Below are positions 39,344-51,236 of a stretch of 64,000 bases of DNA, one piece after another (position 1 is the stretch's first letter; each line of letters opens with the position of its first letter). The notes beneath the pieces were generated by a model. The model ran no database searches. It saw only the letters and a list, made by a program, of their open reading frames with translations, and was not told where the DNA came from. Source of the stretch: Chrysomallon squamiferum (lineage: Eukaryota; Animalia; Mollusca); contig CM022679.1 of assembly GCA_012295275.1 (NCBI GenBank), forward strand, positions 6,820,001 to 6,884,000. The letters are read 5' to 3'. Both the position numbers and the translations under genes were made by a program.

Positions 39344-41677
39344 TTTAAAATCTATAAACTTATATTTAATAAAAATTAGAGTTTTTCAGAACATTTAAGA
39401 AATGAATATTGAGAATTTAAATAGACACTTAAATAACAAATAATTCATAATTTCGAAAACTGGGATAGTACAAAATTCATCCAAAACTGTGATAAAAAAC
39501 TACTAACATAAAACACATTTAAACTGTCATGTTACATTAAATTAAATTGGTTAACTACTGTACAAAGTAGAGTGTTAAAAACCTTTGTACTACAAACCAA
39601 AAACTTGGTTTCTGTTGGTTTTAGAATTAATATACTATTATTGCAATAGGCAGAAAAATCAACATTTGTCAGCAAAACACCCGATATGCTGCACTTGAAC
39701 CGATACATTGGTGTGAAAATTAACTGAACACCTCCATATTTTTTACAGATATTTTTTCTTTATTTTGTAGTCTCATCCAGCTTGCAGGGGGCCAGATTTT
39801 ATCAAATCTATATTTAACATCCATGCACGGAGTCCACTGGTTGCTCATTTCTTGCATGGGAATAAACTGACACCACTGGCTGGAACCAATGTGTTAATAG
39901 AGAGAACAGAAATGGAAAATCTTCCAGCATATCCTTTACTTTTTCATTTGTATTCGTTATGTACAGTGCATTTTATATTAAGCTGATATTTTTTTATTAT
40001 GAACGATTTATATACATTATACTGACATTTTTAACCATAATGTTTTATTAACTTAATCTTTTTCTGTTTATTATATTTTTCTATTTACGTTTACATGTAT
40101 TGTTTCAGTTATTGACATTAGAAACATTAAATCCTGATGTTGAATTATTTGCTATAAAAAGTATGTTATAAAAATTATAAAATTAATGGGTTTTTTGGAG
40201 GGGTTAATGACACTTATTGAGTCTATTAATTTACTTTGTTTAATTAATCTGATTACTAAAAATTAATATTAACTTCATTTTTTATACTTTTATTTGTTTA
40301 TTTATAATTATTTTTGTCTCATGCAAAAAAAAAAAAAAAAAAGCACCCACATTGTCACATTTGCAATATTCAGCCTTAAAATAAAGTCCTAAAATAGCTA
40401 TCTTTCTAATACCCTCATTTACATAGTAATATGGTTTGATTCAGTTTTCTTTTGTTACACGACTTTAAATGACTTTAAAATATATTGTTTTCTTTAACTT
40501 TAAATACTATGGGAACACCAACCTACAAGGATGTTATTAAAACTTCTAACAAAACCATCACTGACATTGCAAGAAATTTTCAAAGGTATTTAAATATAAA
40601 GATATTATGTATTTATTTATTAATTTATTTATTTTCATTTAAGAAAAAATTCATTAGAAATAAACAAACCTATTACATAAGATTTTATAAATTTACATTT
40701 AACATTACGATAATCTTCTAAAGTTGAAAAAAAACCCAGATACCTATACATATCACCAAATTATTTTAAAATTATACATTACTGGGCTGTTACACGTGGA
40801 ATCATGGCAAACCAGTTGTTTGAGATAGACTTTTATGTTCTAACAGAAAAACCTTATTAAACTACTCTCTTGACAAATTGTTTACTCACTTTGATCACCT
40901 CAAGAACAATTATTTTGCATGCTGATTATGACTTCTGAAACTCATTTATGCTTCTATAATTAATATTTTATTATTTTCAAAGAATGTACAGGAAAAATCT
41001 TCATCAAAGTAATGTATTTATGAAGAAACAACAGAATGAGAGACGACAACAAATGCAGAAGGAATCAACTTTACTGACCAACACCAAGTTGGTGAAGAGA
41101 CTTTGTGATATGTTGTTACTGGAACAACGAGTAAGTTTCTCTTTGTCTTTACCTGGTAATGTGTGTGTTTGTGTTTGTGTGTGTGTATCTGTCAGCAGAG
41201 CATCACAGCACTTGATATTGTAACCTTTGCAGGAATGTTGTTTATTTTGGTATATACAGGTTAATTCTGCAACAGTGTATCTATCAACACAATACAGTGT
41301 GTCTGTGTGTGACAATGCGTGCATGTGTTTTTAGACAGCATGGTAATTATTTAAGTATTTTTTAAAAAAAAGTAAAATATTTTGGGAGTATGATCACTAA
41401 CTTATACAAAACTTTTATTCATAATACAAGATATTTTCTATGTATGTTTCATTTGTTGTGGATAAAAAAATATGTCTAACTTTAATTGGGAGCATATTTT
41501 GGGAGTATGATCACTAACTTATACAAAACTTTTATTCATAATACAAGATATTTTCTATGTATGTTTCATTTGTTGTGGATAAAAAAATATGTCTAACTTT
41601 AATTGCAGAAAGGATCTGATTCTATATCAGTGGGTGTTGATGCTGCTATTGACGCAGCACTGGCAGAAATAAACTAA
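33603..41677 (+). CDS. FAM227A: FAM227-family protein (FWWh domain), about 620 aa
   Basis: Exons 33603-33707, 34027-34204, 34566-34619, 35384-35457, 35762-35797, 36063-36176, 36759-36821, 37003-37143, 37725-37851, 38066-38167, 38544-38959, 39771-39928, 40508-40585, 40983-41130, 41609-41677 total 1863 nt and stay open. Motifs: KFVELHQYPG..ELTPLP, QDIFWYYFLEKFQ..QMKLFNRVAHNY..FFKTFP..AQSVY..WMTG..P, RSPLVAHFL. The A versus B paralog assignment is tentative. Confidence 0.82.
35921..36003. repeat. Head-to-head (AAT)n(ATT)n microsatellite palindrome; a second one lies at about 36655-36720
   Basis: An AAT run switches directly to its reverse complement ATT. Confidence 0.85.
39929..40507 (+). other. 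U12-type (minor spliceosome) AT-AC intron in the FAM227 gene
   Basis: The 5' site ATATCCTTT starts at 39929. The branch box TTTTCTTTAAC is at 40488-40498 and the terminal AC at 40506-40507. Splicing joins GC|T ATG in frame (ENLPA-MGTPTYKDVI). Confidence 0.92.
41377..41605 (+). repeat. Tandem duplication of about 112 bp at a 3' splice site
   Basis: 41377-41488 is repeated identically at 41494-41605 with a GGAGC junction. The second copy runs into the CAG acceptor of the last FAM227 exon. Confidence 0.92.
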
Positions 41678-43201
41678 AAAGCTTTGATCCCAAAATGTGT
41701 TACCCTAAAATTTGTGATACTTAATGAGATATGTATATATGTGAAGTTTGATACATGTATTTTGAATCCTTATGAAAGTATGTGCTTGTATGTAAATGTA
41801 TTTTTTTTCTCCGTAAGATTTGTTTAAAATAGGAACCCTAAACATTTTAAATCACAAACCCTTTTGAGAAAAAAAATATTTTCAGCAAAATCCTTAAATA
41901 TTAAAGATATGGTATAATTCAGCTTAAGATCTACTCTAAACTATAATTCAGCTAATTTTGTTTCAAAGGATATGCTTCAGACAGAGCTTGTAATATGTTC
42001 TTCATAAACATTCTTTTTACAAATTTTACATTAAAGATCTTCCAGTTTGTTATGATTTTAGCATTATGAGTAGTTGTGTGAATAATATACAACCGAAAAT
42101 GAAACCAACAGAGCCCACAAGATTTTGTATTTTATAAGTAAAAACATGTCATCCAAATATTTATTGTATTTTAGCAATATAAACAATAAAGTTTTATTAT
42201 GTTATTTGGCTGTATATACATTACTGTGGTGTGCATTATATGTGCATGTGGAATTTTAAATGTAAGTGTGTAAAAGCATAGCTGTGAAATTACTTACAAT
42301 AAAGTTAATTTACAAATTTGTATTTGTTGGTATTTTTTTATTTTATTATTTATCTTTTCTTTCTTTTTTTTTGCTAGAATATGATGCAGAATATAAAATG
42401 GCTGAAAAGTGTCAGCAATTTCATGGTGTTTTGGGGGGATTTTGGTGGGCGTTTTTTTTATTGCATTTGAAATAAAAACAGATATTTGTCAGGATATAGT
42501 ACAAATTAAAATATACATTTTATTACAAAAATTGAAAACAAAATAGCCCATGCTCCATTTAGGTCATTTTCATAAAGGTGCTAATTTAAAAAAAAAAAAA
42601 AACACAAAAAAAATCAAAACAATAACAAACAAAATCCTTCCATTTCTTCAGTATTAAATCATTTTTAATTATTTTACACATGTTCTTTAAGTATTCCAAA
42701 ACATAATTATTATGAAAAATATAAATAGTAAATAAATGCCCGTTTCCGATTATTTTAAAAAATATATAAAAAAAGTAAATAATAGAATAACCAGAGAGAG
42801 AGAGCAAGAAAAAGCAATAACTAACATCATCAGTGGATCTACTAACAATGTACATAACAGGTGATTAACCATTATTGATAAATCAAAATTCTAAAAATAC
42901 AACAAAAAGATTGCACTAAAAAGTTTCCTCTAAAAAGACAGAAAGGAGGTTATATTATGTTTTAGTCCATAATAAGCTTTGGTCAGATTAAAGTTTCAGG
43001 TTAGTGAACTTGATTTTGCTTCTTGTGCAAATAATAAAAATAAAAATTTAATTAATATTTCTGTGCACAGTATTGATGCTTCCTATGAATATGAATTACC
43101 AGATGTAAAAGATTTTATCCACAGTAAACTAAAATCAAGTCAAAAAAACTTTTGGTGGAAAAAAAGCAAGATGATATGATGTATAGGTGCTATATAAATG
43201 C

Positions 43202-43238
<37 letters not shown>

Positions 43239-43754
43239 ATGAATGAATCTATATTAAAGGCATGATTGGTCAATTATTATTATTATTACTATTGCAGAAA
43301 TGCAGTTTGTAACACTGGCAACAAACAACCACTTTACAGACATGTTTAAACTAGAGTGTATAATGCCTTTTTCAAGGAAAAAAATTCATTCCAAAATTAA
43401 GAATGAATAAGATTAGGAAAATAAACAGATCTGATCAATCTATTCATCAACTATTAAAACTTTTACCAGGTTTATTGCACATTTTTAATATTTTATATGG
43501 GAACTGTTTTGGATCTGACTTATAGTTTGGTTAAATTCAAGCCTCTGAATAGATGAATCTTTTATCCCTAAAAATATATCAAAAATTTGAATAAAATTTT
43601 CTTTTCTTTTTCTTTTGTAAAACAAAACTCCCTCAAATTCTTTAAACTAAATACAGACTAAATAATGTTTATAAAAATAGATTATAGCACACTTTAAAAC
43701 ATAATGCCTATTTCAGAATATTAATTAAAAACTTTTCAGACTTCAAAACATTCA

Positions 43755-46700
43755 TCAGTCATAGCCAAAGAGAATTTCAGGTCTTTTGTCCTCATAAACT
43801 GTTGTCATTTTGTCATATTCCACATTAGCATCTAACACCTGCAATATACAGATTATATACTTTTATATTTTTATTTTATTGAAGTCTAAAATACACAAAA
43901 CAAAATTAATATTCATTTAACCCTTTTCATTATAAGATAACACAGAAATATTTAGATTATACATATAGGTACATTCAAAAAAAGTCAAAGAATTAGATTA
44001 GCAATCAAATTACAATAATGGGATGATTTTAAAGATCTGTAAAAACTTACAAGAACTGGGGCTGGTGGTGTGAAAAATTTCTTTGTTATCAGCCACTCTT
44101 CATACAGTGTATGAAGATCTTGTATTAATGACTGCAAAAAAAAAAAAAAAAAAAAAATTAATAATATATGTACATATGTCCATAAAGTTTAAAAAAAATA
44201 AAAATTAAATAACATATCCATTAACATATTTCATTTTTTTTTAAACAAGAAGAAATAAGCATCCATGCTGTAAATCTTAAATGTACTTCTGAAAATTTAG
44301 ATTTTAAAACTAATAATAAAACTGGTTATTGTAAGTGTCAATTTTTGTTTTAATCTGCAGTAATTTTCTTATTTGTAAGATTGCTTTGTAATATTGTTTA
44401 GCCTCACCAAGGGAACGCAACATTCTTCTTTCCTTGATCTAGATTGTATTCTCTGATAACAAGTTTCAGGATCAGCTCTGAGATATACTGAAACAAATTA
44501 CACATCACATTATCTTACAGAACAAATCACATGTAGCTGTAATTTAATTATTAGTTGGTATTTTTATTTATGAAACAGTTGTAAATATTTTAAATTCTTT
44601 TAGTTGTGGACCATAGAAAGTAGTAGAAACAAAAACTGGTGGTCAATAAACTTGATGTTATTATTTTTTTTACAAGAAAATCATTTTATCATTAGATAAA
44701 AAAAACCTAATTAGTTTTTCAGCAATATATATATAAAACTAATGATAATAATAAAGATTATAAACAGTAATATTTGTTCTAAAAGTGACAGATCAGCAAT
44801 TCTTTCTAATCAATATTTGTGAAACAAAAGAAGCAAGAAATTAATATTTTAGAAATGGCGACAGGCAAAAGATCATTTTTACAATCATTTTAGACAATCA
44901 TGTAAAAATTATAGAATTACTACTGTTCATTTTGTCTTTTCCATACCAATGAGATCAACTTTTATATCTTGTGTCTTGATCAGCCAGTTAAACCATTCTG
45001 TTAAGACTGCATGCTCCAGACCATTTATTGTTTCCCTGAAAATAATTTAGCTTCACAAGTTTAAAATCTACCATTACTGGATAATAAAATAAACTATTCA
45101 ATCATGAAAATATTTAAACATAATCCACAACTTAACGTCAGTTTTGAAGTAAACAATCTACAGTAATTCCTTTTAATCTACCTATGGTATAACCACAAAT
45201 AATTATACCTTTTACTTGTATTTCATCAGAAATATTAAAATTCCGCATTTCATGCATATTATTTTTGGCTAGAAGGAAAGATAGCAATCATGCAGAAGTG
45301 GATTTAAGTTGTATGGGTACAGTCAGTTTTCACAATTAAATAAAGAAGTTAATGTGTTCAGTGTGCATTTCTTTTTGTTACACGATCAAAGATCATATTA
45401 TTTAACTTTGTCATGTTTTTCTTCTTTACTTACTTTCTATAATTATTTTCAACAAAACAATGAAGCGTGCTGTATAAAGATCTTTCCAACATTTGTATAG
45501 GCTTATTCTGAATAGAAAAGGAAAACAAAGGAATCAAAACTTTCTTTCATTTACTCTTTATACATCAAACAAAACTAGTAACATGTGACCCACTATGGCT
45601 AATAGATATGCAGGTCACATGACATGATTTTGAGTAACTGATGTTAGAAATTGCTGTATTTTTGCCAATTTTTCAGATATATATATCACTGGATACCAAA
45701 TATGAGACAGCATGGAGAAAGAAATGTCTTATTAATATACATTCACAACATGTATACAATAAACAACTGTCCAAGGACCTCTTACATAATCTTCCCATAA
45801 ATTGGTATATAATATTACAGCCTTTAATAAAGATATTGTGAAACATCTGTTAAATTTTGAAATAAACAAGTGTGATCACTAATGAGGATTTAAATGATTC
45901 TGAAGATTAAAGTTTGTTATTACTTCAAGCTGAATTTAAACAATTATGGGGCTTCTCAAGAAGAATTCTCAATACATACATGAAATGTTTTGTGCATCTG
46001 AACTCTTGTAAGAAGAGCATACATGTTGAATGTAAAGCTCCATCTTTGTGGGTCTTCATATAATAAATTCTAAAACAAATATATAAATATAATAAATTAA
46101 TGATTATGTTACACAAAGAAGGAAAAAGGCATTCCAAATAAACATAAGAACTTAGAAGACTTAAAAAAATAATTTTACCAGTGCATTATGACCATCAACA
46201 TTCGTCCACTGTTCCAAGGGTTCAGAAACTGCCTGAAAACATCAAAATATACTGGCTTACAAGTAAAAAAATATATATATATATATATATATATATACAC
46301 TGGACAATTCTTGTTTGGTATCCAGTGATATATATATGGAACAAACCAATAATGAAAAATAAAATTAAAAATTAAACTATATAAGAAAAAAATATTGATT
46401 GGATATTTGAAAATCTATCACTGATGCTGGACAATTCTTGTTTCAAATCAGATATATTTTTAAAGATTTTTTAGAAGATAGAACAAATATTCCAAATACA
46501 AGAAAATTTAATATTTAAAATTAAAATATCAGTTTAAACAAGGCTAATGTGGTCAAATTTCTAATCTTATTTTATCAAACATAGTTTTAATAGTAATTAG
46601 TGAAATACCTCAACATGTGAAGAATTTCTGAAATATTCCAACAGAGTTGTCTTCCCACTTGCAATGTTTCCTTCAACAGAAACCTGATAATTCCAACAAA

Positions 46701-47410
46701 ATTTTTAAAATCATAAATCTTTTAAAGTGGTTTTTGATCAATATAAATTATATTCAGAAAATATTTACTTACAGTTAGGTATTACCCTACATCACAAAAA
46801 CATTTCTTAATCTCAAAATACTGATTGTAAGAAGTACTAAATTTTTTAAAAGCTGGGTATTTCTTGAACATGTTTCAAGATATTTAGATTAAATTCAAAT
46901 CCATCTTAAGGTGATAATCTTACAGTGAATGATTTCTGACCATCACAAGTCTTAATCAAAGATGACGGGTCATCATCTAAAAAGAAAGAATGAAATAATA
47001 ATAAAAATTATGGTATATATAACATAAATTTTTAAATTTAAAGTTGCGTCTTGCAAATCAAATATTTATTTTAATCCTTTACACTGCATAACAAACACAT
47101 TAGTACAAATGATTATAAACAAAAAATGCTGTGCACTTTACAAAATAAATATTATTATTACTGTTAACAAAAAATTATACATCTGTAATTAAGTTATTAA
47201 CATTATTGTATATAATTATTAGAACAGCACAGTGGTTCAGCTTTCAGCATACACATATATTTATTAAAATATAAAGATGTATAATCACTCATTGTTTTTA
47301 TTTATTTATTTCATAATTTCCACAATAATGTGAAATAATGTTAAAACACATAAATACATTAAAACACCAGGACAGAATAAAGGGAAAATGATATATATAT
47401 ATATATATAT

Positions 47411-47450
<40 letters not shown>

Positions 47451-47896
47451 CATAAAACAAACTGATTACATAATGCACATGTTTGTCAGGATATTAAAAG
47501 AAATATCTTATCTGAAAAAATATCTTATTCAACAGCAGCCCTGGATGAAGATTATCTCATGATGAAGAAAGAGGGTGCAAAAAATCTGTTATCAGATAAA
47601 TAAATTGGGACATAAAGGCCTGGCTCCCTTGACAAAATATCAAGAATTATCAAGAATATAATAATAAGGAGCTAATGTTTCATTTTATTATTACCAATAC
47701 GCATCGATTCTTTCCTCAAATCCAAAATGCTCAACATTTCATCAAGTTTTCTGTATATTCCCTGAGGCGATTTATTTAGCGTTACATTGCAGTTTTGCGT
47801 GTGAAAATTCCTGCCCCTAAGCTTGGCGCAAAACCCTCTGATCAAAACAACCGCTGGATGACGTATCATTCGTTCGTGTTTTGTCCGTAGAATCAT
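43755..47896 (-). CDS. TK2: Deoxynucleoside kinase, TK2/dNK-like, with a probable mitochondrial presequence, about 293 aa
   Basis: Exons 47896-47695, 46976-46924, 46683-46609, 46232-46179, 46069-45980, 45507-45434, 45035-44947, 44487-44408, 44131-44051, 43838-43755 total 882 nt and stay open. Motifs: P-loop VEGNIASGKTT, EPLEQW, ERS, VDLIVYLRADPETCYQRIQSRSRKEE lid, APVLVLDA. The N-terminus is Arg-rich and acid-poor. The family call is secure; orthology to TK2 is less so. Confidence 0.85.
47390..47447. repeat. (AT)n(CA)n microsatellite
   Basis: Directly visible. Confidence 0.9.
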
Positions 47897-48465
47897 CGAT
47901 TTTCACAAACTAAATTTTAATGGAAATTTAAGAAATATTATTTAAAAATAAGCAATGTAATTATTTATTTTAAGAGGCAATTTTCAACAATTTATTTATG
48001 CAATAATAACTCGCTTTTCAAATTTACATACATCCATTTTAGGATGTAGATCATGATTCGCAAGTCAAGATGTACTGATGTAGCATGTACAGTCGTTAAT
48101 GAACAAAATTCATTTACATATTTACTGCGCGTTTAATAATTGTTTTGAACATTACATGCACAAACAAATATTAGAATTTAAAACAATAAAACATAATGAA
48201 ATATGAAAACCAATGTGATAATGCTGCGGACAAACAATAAGCATGCTCACGTGCAGCCATTTAAATTTCCAAGGGAAATAATTCTACAACTACAAAATAT
48301 AAATCAATTATCCTTATGGTTTTGAGCTTTTGCGCGATTTGCTATTTAAGACAGTTAAACAATAAAAGTATCACATTGTTCAAGAATAATAATTTATAAA
48401 CAAAGTATAACATATACTAATATTACGTTTTCATAACTAACCATAACCATAAAGGAAATATTGGC

Positions 48466-49315
48466 ACTGTGCAGATATGGAAAAAATGGCACCTTATTTA
48501 TTTTTTTCTAGATAGTTGCTTTTAAAAAAAACAACTTAAAAGTTATTTTGAAAATACAGTTTATTCATGCAATATTGTTACGTACATGTATATTAAAATA
48601 TAGCATCACTCAGCCACTTGGTTTTGCTTAACAAAGAACAATATTATATCAGAATTTAATATTACACAAATATACATGCAAAAAAATGATACATATACAC
48701 GCACACAAAATTCACATATATATGTAGGCCTATACATACACACACCCATATATATATATGCTTGCATGCGAACAAAGATGCACAAGTATGTTCATACATA
48801 CAGTCACATTCATACAGATGTACCTAATATAAATGTGGATACCATAGTTAAAATATCCTCCAGGATGATATTATTCTGTCAGTTCGTATATAGCATGTAT
48901 ATATATATATTTGAGTTGACTGAATGATATCATTCTGGAGGATATTTTAACTGGTATGCATATTTAAATTAGATATATCTGTATGAATGTACTACATCTA
49001 TATACATGTGTAAGTATACATATATGTATGTATGCATATGTATGAATGTGTGTATATAAATGTATGTGTATATAAATATATGTATATATACACACATACA
49101 CACACACACATATATATGCTAAAGATGATATCAGCTGCAATTTATATTATTTCTGATATTAAATCATTATCTCTAATATTATTCATGCACTGGTTTTTTA
49201 TGTGCAATAATGAATTGTTTTTGTAAGAAGGACTTCACCTACTACAATAGCTAAATGTCAATAAACAATAAAAAATACATTTTTCAGGTGCCGCTTTTTC
49301 TTCATCTGCACAGTC
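48466..49315. repeat. Concentric inverted repeats (foldback-like element)
   Basis: Inner arms are 48806-48885 and 48913-48990 (about 80 bp, 10 substitutions plus a 2-nt indel). Outer arms are ACTGTGCAGATATGGAAAAAATGGCACC (about 48466-48493) and the reverse complement of about 49288-49315 (ACTGTGCAGATGAAGAAAAAGCGGCACC). Both pairs centre near 48890-48900. Confidence 0.8.
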
Positions 49316-51236
49316 ATTTTTTCAAAATCTGCACTGCAATGTCACCAGGTGCGATATTTTCCACCTGGCATTTTTTCCTTATCACAATCCAAATATAACC
49401 TTTTGATTTAACATTAGTAACTTAAATTGCTTCTTTGTACTAACTTTTAATTCTTTCTTAGCTTCAAACTTTATATTCAAATTTTAAATAATATACATTA
49501 CAATTATTTGAATTATAAATAAGTTATTAACATTTGTGATTTTATTATATTTGATTTATTTACGTTTGCATTTTATGTATCAAAATGTATGAATTCGCAT
49601 AAAGTTAGAACCTGTTTTTCAACCTTATGGGCTAGTACTACCCCTCAGTCTGGCATGTTTTTGAATAGTTAAAATGTGAGCAGGCATCGGTGAGCACCAT
49701 CATCCAGCATGATGCAGTTTGCAACACACCTTATTGACAGGTTCAACAATGGTATATCACATGCATCTCCAACAGTGCCTTTGATAACTGTGTGTTAATC
49801 ATCTTGAGAACAGCAAGACTGTGGGGAATCGGTTGGAACAACCAAAATGTGAAAAAATGTTTCATTTCCTAAACTGTTGTTTTCTCTTTGTTACTACAGC
49901 ACATATATTGATTGAATAAAAAATAATGAATGTTGTCATTTGTATCTTAGGCTACTTCAACATTAGTATTTTAACTAATGAGCAGCAATGGAGCTATAAA
50001 GTAGCTTTCACAAAGTATAATCTAGTTGTGAAGAAATGCACTGAGAACACTGGACTGGCCTTGCAATTTATCATGTATCACACATACTACTTATTGCTCC
50101 ATAACTACTGGTATGTGCTTTATAGTCCCAAGGAAAGTGCTTATAAAAGATCCATCTGAATAAGCAGCAGCAAATTTTCTGATCTTTTGAGAAATCATTA
50201 TTTTTTATCTCATAAAACATAAATCTGTTCAGTATGGGTTAAGATTACTGCCCAACAAAGAAATTTATATATATATACAAATGTTTTGGTAATGAAACTT
50301 CTGTTAGCGCTGTGAAAATAAAAATTTTAATGTTTCATTTTACAGAATTATACTTTGCTTAATGATAATGAGAGTCAACTTATAAGTTATAACATATAAT
50401 GTAACAAACAGTATTTACTGGATTGCAGCTTTAAATATATTCAAGGCAGTTGACTAGTAAGTTTCAAATTTTTTTTATGAATGACAAATAACAAGGTGAA
50501 TTGCATCTTGGATAAAATCTAAAGATTATGTTTTTTAATTAATTTTCTTTTAAATAATAAAACAACTGTGTATATTTACATGCCAATTTATTTATTAGTT
50601 CATGATCTTCACATGGTCCCAGATTCAAACTGGTGTATAGTAAACATCTTAAAAATTTAGTTTGACAAAATCACATTTAAAATGTTAATGTTACCTTCAG
50701 CGATTGTTCTAGCAATAATAATTAAAAATGAGTTAATTGCAGAATATATACATAAACAAACTGATGGCAAGTTTACAAGTTAAATAAAGCAGACAACAAA
50801 AGCTTACATGATTATGACAAATATATTCAGGTGAGTATTTTAATTGTATGTTGCATATCACAAGTTATTTAAAAACTTTCACTTGGAAATGCATATTCTT
50901 ACTCAAAGTATTCTTCTGGTTGTTGTTTTTGAAGAGTATCTCCTTCCAAATAATATTATAAAAGATATACTGTGTTTACCACTGAAGATGAAAGATTTAA
51001 AAACTTGTAAGAAATCGATGTATTCTGATGGTTTTTCTTTTAAAGAACTGACCAGGACATAATAATGCATATGAAATGGTTATGAATTAGATTCTTAAGA
51101 CAAAACATTTTTATTAATGTTATTAATTGCAATTACACATACATAATTATACACCTATATGATTTCAGAAAAATTCGCAGAATTTTCTGATTGTATTTTT
51201 TGTTTTTGTTTTTTTAAATTCACTTGACAATTATAT

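Noticed and set aside
46277-46445. Small hairpin CACTGGA...TCCAGTG and a repeated CTGGACAATTCTTGTT in a kinase intron
   Set aside because: Too short and unsupported to call a MITE or a structured RNA.
48676-49226. ORFs rich in Y/I/H/T in the intergenic region
   Set aside because: Low-complexity (CA/TA/TG) sequence with no splice or homology support.
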